A stretch of 64,000 bases of DNA, taken from contig CAWHXP010000003.1 of NCBI GenBank assembly GCA_963833425.1, positions 288,001 to 352,000 of the forward strand. Direction: 5' to 3'. Origin of the DNA: an uncultured Methanosarcinaceae archaeon. GTDB taxonomy: Archaea > Halobacteriota > Methanosarcinia > Methanosarcinales > Methanosarcinaceae. Positions 55,634-64,000 of this stretch are shown here, in pieces. Numbering within the stretch: position 1 is the first letter of the stretch; every line of letters starts with the position of its first letter. The position numbers and the translations under genes are program-made. The notes beneath the pieces were generated by a model. That model was not told the origin of the DNA. It saw only the letters and a list, made by a program, of their open reading frames with translations, and made no database searches.

Positions 55634-55723
55634 GAGGATTTCGATAAATACCTTAATTTAGTTACGTAATTATGGATGATAAACAAATGATTCTTGAAAA
55701 TCAGATATTTATCAAAATTCCTC
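55634..55723. mobile_element. ~89-bp MITE, family A
   Basis: Ends gaggatttcgataaat / atttatcaaaattcctc; flanked by tag on both sides. Confidence 0.8.
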
Positions 55724-56419
55724 TAGAGTCTTCACAATAAAAATTAAAAATCAACATTTTTTCAAATGATGAATTTGTATTGGATTTCGGAATTATTTCT
55801 TTTGCCCTGTTGATTCTACTAGATTTCTATACAAAAGTATTCTCTGCATATTTTTGTGTGAAAATCTGTGTATTTGCTGAACCCCTGCATCTGTAAGACT
55901 TTTAAAGTCCTCCAAGACTGACAAGGAATGATAGCTACCTTTATGGATGAATGTGTAGCTTGTGGGGCAATGCTATCGATTTTAGAGATAATGGGGGAAA
56001 AATGAGTACCGCTTTTGAATCAAACATACTGAAATTTAAAATCGTATAATTACTGTAAATGTATTAACAAAAATTAATAGAATCAGTAGATAATAGATAT
56101 TGTGAAACTTGTCTAGATTAATAAGATGTTCAAAATAAATAGCGAACGCTTGAACGCTCTCTAGATATTTCTTTTCTGCATTAGCGCATATTATATAGAT
56201 GTTGGTGAATTCAATGATGTGTGGTCGCGATGCCGATCTTTTAGGAGTTATATGCGATTGTAATTCTCAAAAACGGGCTATACTAGAGGAATAACTCGAC
56301 TCCGAGCTTTATGATCTTTACAGCTATTCAAAAGAGTGGGGTAGACACCCATCTACAATAAGACTGCAATTCTCAAACATTGAGCTTGAAAATAAACCAA
56401 TCTTCTTCTGATACCTACC

Positions 56420-56719
56420 CCATAAAAAACTATTCTTATGATAGGTAAATTTGAACCATCATCTAAAATCTTTCATGTTTATGGATATCATAACTCCGAG
56501 ATAACATCAAAAGATAGAAAATGGAAATGTTCTGACTGCAAGACAAAACATTGATAGAAACATTAATGCTGCAATTAACATCAAAAAATTCACTCTCATT
56601 AATCAAAACTAAATGAAATCTGATATTTGGAATTCGTGGGATGGGCTTGAGAACTTGTTCTCAAAGGAGAAAGGAATAAAACAAGAAGCCACTTAGTCTT
56701 CAGCTTAGTGGTAGTTCAC
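56420..56719 (+). mobile_element. IS200/IS605 TnpB 3' remnant with right end
   Basis: Degenerate IGKFEPSSK..H..GY.N, KDRKWKCSDCKTKH/DRNINAAINIKKF; right end caagaagccact.ag...ct.agtggtagttcac. Confidence 0.8.
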
Positions 56720-56747
56720 TCTTGTATTTTGTGAATTTTTTAATTTT

Positions 56748-56862
56748 AGAACTTAAGCATCGAAGTACAAAATCAACCAAAGTAAGAAGATACTTTTCTA
56801 CAATCCAAATTTTAAATATGACGTCTGATGTGTTGATTTTACATCAAAAATGCGTAAGTTCT
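56748..56862. mobile_element. ~115-bp MITE, family B
   Basis: Ends agaacttaagca / tgcgtaagttct. Confidence 0.7.
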
Positions 56863-56887
56863 AAAAAAATAATGAAGATGTCAGCCT

Positions 56888-57379
56888 TTATGTATATTCA
56901 TTGTAAGCCACTATTTCTTCAAGAGCTTTCCTTGGCCTGGAAGCGGGCGATTCAGATGGGACTCCCACAGTCAATAAAGCGACGACTTTTTTGTCCTGCG
57001 GTATTTTGAGTATTTTTTTGACTTCGTCTTCGTCGAAAGCACCAATCCAGCAGGTGCCTAGACCTAGCTCTACGGCTTCCAGGGCAATGTGTTCTAGGGC
57101 AATGGCAAGGTCGACCTGGTGCCACTTTTGAGCAGAGTCTCCTATACCTGCGATTACGTGCGATGCGGCACCTACGAAGGCTTGGTTATTAGAAGCGGTA
57201 ACAAGCTGAGTTTTTATTTGTTCTTTCTCGACAACAATAAACTTCCAGTTCTGTCGGTTCCCTGCCGATGGCGCAAGTCTTGCAGATTCCAGTAGTTTCT
57301 CGAGCTTGTCCTTCGGTATACACTCTTCTTTATAAGCCCTTATGCTTCTCCTATCCTTTATCGTGTCAAATATGGCCAT
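56888..57379 (-). CDS. Nitroreductase family protein
   Basis: RRSIRAY, APSAGNRQNWKF, LGLGTCWIG, RKALEE. Confidence 0.93.
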   Translation of the reverse strand: MAIFDTIKDRRSIRAYKEECIPKDKLEKLLESARLAPSAGNRQNWKFIVVEKEQIKTQLVTASNNQAFVGAASHVIAGIGDSAQKWHQVDLAIALEHIALEAVELGLGTCWIGAFDEDEVKKILKIPQDKKVVALLTVGVPSESPASRPRKALEEIVAYNEYT

Positions 57380-58370
57380 GTTCTTCTCACCTGCGGTCAG
57401 AGATTAATGAAGTACTTATATAATGATCGATATTACTTAAAACCCCTATGGAAGTATAATGCTATAGATATCTGCATAGCTCTCTATTCGATAAGTACGA
57501 GATTGAAGAGGTTCATTATCTATCTTTATTCCGAGAATTTTCTTTTGATCTTAGGACTTACGTAATTGTCTGCTTTGCAGACATGGGCTTCTACAACTTT
57601 TATAATAAGGAAGAATTTGTCTTTTTTAGAAATCGATTAACAGCATTTCTTGGAATCTACAATCTGATTTGATAAATCAGTTTTTTGTATCCGCTTCAAT
57701 TTAATGAATATAATCATATATGAAACATAATGCCAACTTTTCCCTACAATTGCGTGAAATTTTACAGGGTCATAAGAGGGGCAGTATACTTATTATTTTA
57801 AAAGAGTAAAATTAATTAATTTTCAAGAAGTAACAAACGATGGCTGTGAACAGTATAGATATTTAGGCAGTTCTAACAAGACAGCATTCCTACAAACACC
57901 TAATTTTTTGCTGAATTTGTATCTCTTTTGTGTTGGTTTGTCAGGAGTAGGGTATTTGCTCTGGTTAGTTATCTCACAATATTATATCCTCTTTTTACAA
58001 AGTCCATCAGGAAAGTTACATAATGATCTTCAAGTTTAAAAATCTAGCATGATGATTCAAAGAAATTCACATCTTCTAATGATAACAAATAGTTAAATAT
58101 TGAGAAACTAAATAGAATAGAATAATATAATAATACACATAAAAATAACAGTTACGACTAAAATTATGAATCTGATCTGGCATAAATTTGGCAATTTTTT
58201 AACGGACTTGAAGTTCAATAATATCAAAATTTATGTGGAATTAACTCGAAATTTCATTTTTTGACATCATTACCGAGTAATTGAAAAATTTTAACCAGTC
58301 AGCCTAAGTGAACGCTTCAGGTCCATAACTAACTTTATCCAGACTATCCTCTGTAAAGAAGGCGCCTTTA

Positions 58371-58925
58371 ATGAAAATAGTGAAATTTATTTCAGGAATG
58401 CGATTCTTTGGGTTAATTCCGATTATCGGGTTGGCAATTGCAGCTTGCATTCTGTTTATCAAAGGCGGCATTGATCTGATTAACTTGCTGGTAGAATTGG
58501 TTGCCGAAATAACAAACACAGGTACAAAAGGTGTTATTATTGTTGGATTTGTGGAGACTGTTCATTTCTTTCTAATTGGTACAATACTTTTCCTCACTTC
58601 ACTCGGCTTCTATCAATTATTTTTTCAGGCGCTTCCTTTACCGGATTGGCTGAAGATGAATAACATTGAGGAGATGGAATTGAGTCTAATAGGACTTACT
58701 GTAGTCGTACTAGGGGTCAATTTCTTAAGCGTAATTTTTGAACAACAAGAAATCAACCTGGCGATCTATGGAATTGGCTACTCTTTACCGATATTATCAC
58801 TGTCTTTTTTTATGAAGATACGTTCTGGTATGGAACGAAATGAGAGTAATTACCCGATGACAATCGAGAATGCATTATCTAAAACTAGTGAACAAGATCA
58901 ATTAATGGACGAAAAGAGATATTGA
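58371..58925 (+). CDS. YqhA/UPF0114 family membrane protein
   Basis: 4 TM helices, GFYQLF, PDWL.MNNIEEM pattern. Confidence 0.75.
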   Translation: MKIVKFISGMRFFGLIPIIGLAIAACILFIKGGIDLINLLVELVAEITNTGTKGVIIVGFVETVHFFLIGTILFLTSLGFYQLFFQALPLPDWLKMNNIEEMELSLIGLTVVVLGVNFLSVIFEQQEINLAIYGIGYSLPILSLSFFMKIRSGMERNESNYPMTIENALSKTSEQDQLMDEKRY

Positions 58926-59342
58926 AGAATAAGGAAGTTTACCGAAGATTCAGTAAATTTTGAATGGATCTGTATCCTTCGTCTTCATCACAATAACAGG
59001 ATTTATTGATACCATTATGCCAAATTTTAGAAAAAGTTTGTATCATTTTTTTTGGATTTTATGTTTTACTTCAAAATATAGTTTTTTTTGGAATTGTATA
59101 GGAATTCGAATTAAAAATATTTTATCTTAATAGCGTTATGCAAATTAAAATATTGTTCTCATAATTTGTCTTTGAAAATTTTAATGAGTTAAATAATTGA
59201 TATTTATGCAATCATGTATTTATAAATTTAAAAATATATTTTTCTAGTAGAAAAGTTTACTTTGTAGAGTGAAGTATTATCCATTTGTATTTTTGAATTT
59301 ATTTTTTATCATTAATACATAAACCAAATCAAGAGGCAGATT

Positions 59343-59972
59343 ATGAAAAATTTGACAAATAATGACACAAACAAAGGGCGTATCTTCATTAAGGCTTTAG
59401 GGATCACTATTCTGGTGCTATTTCTACTAGTGAGTCTCGCATGCGCGACGCAGGATTCAGATGCCCAGTTTAATAAGGGAAGAGTCAATCTAGCAAAATT
59501 AGGTCATTCAGATGAAGCAATAAAAGCATATGAAAAAGCAATGACTCAGGATTCAATTGATTGGAAAAATGAAGGAGTTAATCTGTATAATTTAAATAAA
59601 ACCGATGAAGCATTAAATGCACATGAAAAAGCAATTGAAATAAATCCGAAGGATTCAGCAGGTTGGTACAATAAAGGACGTGTTCTATATAACTTAAATA
59701 AATACAATGAAGCTATAAAAGCATATGACAAAGCAATTGAAATTAACCCGCAGAATTCAGATGCTTGGGATCACAAAGGACGTGCTCTACATAAGTTAAA
59801 TAAATACGATGATGCAATAAAAGCATACGACAAAGCGATTGAACTAAACCCGTATAATTCAAATGCTTGGAGCAATAAAGGACTTGCTCTAGATCGTTTA
59901 AATAAAATTGATGAAGCAATGAAAGCATATGACAAAGCAAGTGAAATTGATCAGCAGAAATCAAAAGCTTGA
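59343..59972 (+). CDS. Tetratricopeptide repeat protein with signal peptide
   Basis: Hydrophobic N-terminus ending in ACA; 4 complete 34-aa TPRs (W.NKG..L..LNK..EA.KAYDKAIE.NP) plus one truncated. Confidence 0.9.
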   Translation: MKNLTNNDTNKGRIFIKALGITILVLFLLVSLACATQDSDAQFNKGRVNLAKLGHSDEAIKAYEKAMTQDSIDWKNEGVNLYNLNKTDEALNAHEKAIEINPKDSAGWYNKGRVLYNLNKYNEAIKAYDKAIEINPQNSDAWDHKGRALHKLNKYDDAIKAYDKAIELNPYNSNAWSNKGLALDRLNKIDEAMKAYDKASEIDQQKSKA

Positions 59973-60035
59973 AACAATGAAGTAAAAGCTTTAAAAGAAT
60001 TTTGATAAATTTCAATATTTAATAATATGCTTATA

Positions 60036-61170
60036 GAGGATTTCGATAAACTTCGGATTTTATTTCTTAGCAGGGAGTTCTCATATCTTCCCCACAATTT
60101 CTCTATTTAATTCCTCTTTTTGGCTTTACTTTATTCTCAATTCTTTGATTTTAAAGATAGCTTCCGCTATCTTCAATATACTTTTTTTATTTTCAATGTC
60201 CTTAATTGATAGAGATTATAACAAAAAGCCGTACACAACATTTTTAGATTTACTCTTTTAACAGTAGTAACAAAAACTCTTCCTGCTTTGAAAATTTCTT
60301 TCGTTACTGAATAAACTCTTTCCCCTTGGAATCTTTTTGAGCTAATTCTCTTATTTCCTAATATATCCTTTATTCCCAACGTATGTCCTTTGACCGCTCT
60401 TTTCATTGTTACATTATACCCTTTCGTTTTTGCTCCAAAGTATCCTCTGTCCTTATAAACCACTTCGTTTTCCTCTGTCAAATCTACATACGAATCATGT
60501 ACTGACGCAGTTGTTGTTTTGAATCTTCTGATCAGCTCATAATCTCTGTCTATTATATTATGAAGCTTGTATCCAAAATGAGACTTACCTCTCTTTTTTG
60601 TCCATGTTCCATCTCTGATTCTTCTTGTTTTTGCCTCATCTCTCTGCTTTTGCATGTCCTGGATCTGAATGGATAAAAGTAGCATCCTGAATAATTCCCT
60701 GCTTTATCTGTAAACCCAGAGCATAAAGTTGGCTTTGCAACTTCCCCCATATTTTCTTTGAAATTCTCGATAATTCTCTCCCTAAATAGCCATACAGTAG
60801 TACTGTCAGGCATGTATTCCGGAAATTCAAGGAATTTCCTAAAAGAAATTCGATCTATACACTGTTTCTCAAGTTCAAAATCATAGAGACCATGCCATTG
60901 TTGTAAAACAAGCATTTTGAATATCACAATGACATCAGTTTCGGATCTCCCTCCTGAAACGGTTTTGTTGATATACATAGACTCAAGAATAATACGAAAC
61001 GCTTTCCAATCAATTAAGGAATAAATTTCAGCAAGCTTACCTCCAACAGATTAAAGAAGTTTATACTCTTCTTTAAGAGCAAAATCAGTAAGAATTTTCA
61101 TGAATATACATAAATATTGACAAATTTAAAGCCAACCATGCTCAAGAGCATGGAGGTTATCGAAATTCTC
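60036..61170 (-). mobile_element. IS5-family insertion sequence, full length, transposase disrupted
   Basis: Closely similar to 44686-45818; TIRs gaggatttcgataaac / ggttatcgaaattctc; ata on both flanks. Confidence 0.93.
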
Positions 61171-61488
61171 ATAATTAAGTGTATCCTTATTCGATGATTT
61201 AAGTAAAACCTGTGTATTCATTCCAAATTCAGATCAAAATATCCCTACAATTTTGGATTAAACTGAAAAAAATACAGATATATTGTTATAAACCTATGCA
61301 CTAATAAAACTAGCAAATCTGAGTATTTTCCCTGTTTAGATAGTTCCCTCAGGAGTACTTGAAAAGGATCTCCATATATATCATACTGTTTTTTTTCACA
61401 ATAACCGTGATCTATTTCATACAATTTGATAAAGTCATCTCAATCCAAGTAATAAGTACGACCATAGCTAACAAAAAAGGAGAGTTTT

Positions 61489-62073
61489 TTAAGTCAAAAT
61501 TTTCTTTTGTTCAACACACCTTCCATAGAAGTTCGCAATGAATATTGAACTCGTTAAAATCGTTGCTGGAATACCGATAAGGACAATTGAGAGAATTGCA
61601 AAGACAATTTCAAGTGCAGATTGTTTCAGTACTGTTACGATATAATCTCTAATATTATCTTTAACAACGTTTAGTATATAAAATTCAAAGAAAGACTCAA
61701 TTGTCTGTTTCCTGAAGAAGTTAATCATGAGTAGCGGGATCACAAAGAATGCAAGCAGGAAGGCAATGAGATGTCCAAGAGCTTCACTTACATAAGTTAC
61801 GACAAAAATTACAATTGTATATGCGATATAGAAAGGAATAGCCTTCAGAAAAATAATGATCCCAAGTTTCAAGTCGTCTATTAAATCAAGATCTATAGGC
61901 TCATCATACCTTCCATCAACAAATTCATTTATAAGTTTTACAATATATCCAAAGAGTACAAGCCAGCCAAAAATCGGAATAAGAAGCAAAAGTGCATATA
62001 AAAGCTTTTTTGGTGCTTTAAAAGGATACTTAAAAGCTTCTAACAAACTTATAATTTTTATAATTATCACCAA
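61489..62073 (-). CDS. DUF4013-like membrane protein
   Basis: EAFKYPF, IPIFGW..LFGY, multiple TM segments; start codon uncertain. Confidence 0.7.
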   Translation of the reverse strand: MVIIIKIISLLEAFKYPFKAPKKLLYALLLLIPIFGWLVLFGYIVKLINEFVDGRYDEPIDLDLIDDLKLGIIIFLKAIPFYIAYTIVIFVVTYVSEALGHLIAFLLAFFVIPLLMINFFRKQTIESFFEFYILNVVKDNIRDYIVTVLKQSALEIVFAILSIVLIGIPATILTSSIFIANFYGRCVEQKKILT

Positions 62074-63451
62074 TGCTTATTCTGCCTTTTAAATATATAG
62101 CGGTTATCCCCAAATTTTGTGACATATAAATTTTCGTTAAAGTTTGAAATTATTTAATAATTATTTTAAATTAACTATGCAAAAAATAGTTTCGGAATAA
62201 AGTTATTTTCTGATTGACTCTGTATAATTTAGTTTCATCATAAAAATAGAATGTTAGTCAGTAAACCTATTGACTTCCCATCAATTTCAACAAAAGACAA
62301 AATAATAAGCTGTTGGAGCCTCAAAAAAGAAGTCGGTATCAACATCAGATTAACAACAATAAAATATTGCATGTGTAAGTAGTGAGATGATCAATTCGAT
62401 GCTTTAAAGCGTATTTATCCCTAACAAATTGACTTGTTCTGCGAACTGGCTGAGCAATTCTTATTTTTTGGTGCTGCTGGGTTTAGCTTGCTGTGCTAGC
62501 ATAGAAACATAAGCTTTGACCATAAAAATCATTGCTCTACATCCTACTTTTTGTAGTAAAAAATCCATGAAACTCTTACCCATTCCATCCGATTATTCCA
62601 CCAAGCGAACTCCCTGCGAAGTTCAACTGCTCCAACTATTTTCCTTCTACACTTCCATCTATTAGTTTTTTAGGTCTGCATTCGAAAACTAATTGTATCT
62701 TCAAGAAGACCATCAATTAACTCATAGCGACCTCTCCCAAGTACTACCAGCATTTCGAAAAAATTCCTTTAGACTTCGTCTATGATCCTTTTAGCCAGTT
62801 CCAATAAAAATATTTGCTTTTTCTCCCACATCTCATAGCTGCAAAAGCACACTATATCCCCAAGAGCTATTTCATCCCCTTTGCTAGATTGTATGTTGAA
62901 CTCAGGAGGGAGGGAATGACTGCTATGTACTTTCGCACTGACGGCTGTAATTTTTTTGTTTTACTATATTTTTCAAGGCAGCTAGAGTGTTTCAATCCCT
63001 AATTTGTAAGATACTCATAAAGTTCCTCAAACTTTTGGTTAACCATTATATCTGCTTTATATAAGTAGAACTCTTGCTTCTTTTCCCCTAAAGATTTTCA
63101 TACCTATGGCTTCTTCAAAAGATTCAAGATTTTTTAATTCCTCTAATACACCCTGATATACGCTCTTCGTACCATTACCTCCCTAAAATATCTAACTACC
63201 AGCTATCTCTATTTAGAATTTTTTAATTTTGTTCCAATTTTATCTCCACTTTTGAAAGAATAATGGAATTTTATTCAATCATGAAAGTACTATTCTCATT
63301 TGGAAAAGTTGATCCACTTATATATAAATCAATTCTCTTATTAGGAAGGGACGTTTTATCATTTACTGCGTTATTGATCGATTGAATTCGCTTGCCAATA
63401 GAATTAATGGTGAATTTTAGTGATCTTAGAGGATATTAAAAATCTCTTACT

Positions 63452-64000
63452 TTAAGGTTTTTTAGAACCCTTTTTAGTTTCCTGCTTTTTTTTCTTTTTT
63501 TCTGAATGTTTACTAATTTCTTCCTTTATAGTTTCAGAAGATCCTTCAAGCCCAAAGATGTCGTAGATATTATAGGGCGTTTCTAATATTGTGATATTTT
63601 CCATCTGTGCAAGTTTTTCTGAGTTTGTAACATCTACTTCACGCATAGTCAACTCAAAAGCTCTGCCACTAGGTGCAGCAGTTTGTACAGTCCCCCTCTT
63701 CTGGTCTACAGGCAAAATAAAGATAGGTGTCTTCCCCTTTGCAGTCTGGGAAACGGTATTTGTAACAAGAGTGTCTGCAATCCCGTATACGATCTTTGCG
63801 ACGGTATTAGCGGTTGCAGGAGCTATTAGCAAGAAATCGTAGTGCCCCATCTGCAGTGGGCCTGCAATGAAAGGGGAATTAGGGCCGGCATCTACTTTGA
63901 AATTAGGGAAATCATCCTGGATTTTGTCCCACAGGTGATACCATTTCATTACAGTCTCACCCTCTTTGGAAAGGAAAACCATTGTATCAACACCTGTTTT
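63452..64000 (-). CDS. afpA: Archaeoflavoprotein AfpA-like flavoprotein (5' end outside the window)
   Basis: VFLSKEG, NSPFIAGPLQ, APATANTVAKI..GIADTL; frame open to the window edge. Confidence 0.85.
   Translation of the reverse strand, partial: KTGVDTMVFLSKEGETVMKWYHLWDKIQDDFPNFKVDAGPNSPFIAGPLQMGHYDFLLIAPATANTVAKIVYGIADTLVTNTVSQTAKGKTPIFILPVDQKRGTVQTAAPSGRAFELTMREVDVTNSEKLAQMENITILETPYNIYDIFGLEGSSETIKEEISKHSEKKKKKQETKKGSKKP

Noticed and set aside
55850..55990. MDECVACGA fragment suggesting a ferredoxin remnant
   Set aside because: Too short and disrupted to support a call
58866..58950. Possible additional family A MITE overlapping the YqhA 3' end
   Set aside because: Only a weak right-end match; the left end is not convincing
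62270..63180. Coding-like but stop-riddled minus-strand region
   Set aside because: Probably a pseudogene, but I could not recognise any family; needs a translated search
2205..63842. Many short ORFs antisense to or overlapping well-supported genes in the ORF track
   Set aside because: Shadow frames without RBS or recognisable motifs

Overview
Archaeal methanogen DNA, almost certainly Methanosarcina (inferred from MfnB, methanogenesis marker 8, F420 reductase, AfpA, LonB, and the purN-glyA-folD-folP-metV-metF and glmU-glmS-glmM-glmU clusters). Intact housekeeping operons alternate with long AT-rich spacers that are mostly decay products. These include at least 5 pseudogenes (DUF2284, malic enzyme, CxxC-x17-CxxC protein, SAM methyltransferase, marker 8) and IS remnants of five families (IS5, IS701, IS256, IS110, IS200/605-TnpB). 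The most striking hidden structure is a set of short inverted-repeat miniature elements: about 12 copies of an ~89-bp element with IS5-type ends, 5-6 copies of an ~110-bp element with IS701-type ends, ~6 full or partial copies of an ~139-bp element, and one IS256-ended element. Several lie in promoter positions. Other candidates are a TetR plus tandem small coiled-coil protein module with putative operators, two orphan TnpB omegaRNA-like right ends, a 4x20-bp repeat upstream of purN, and a possibly horizontally acquired Zn/Mn ABC operon. No rRNA, tRNA or CRISPR array was seen. All alignments were made by eye, so coordinates of degenerate elements are approximate.
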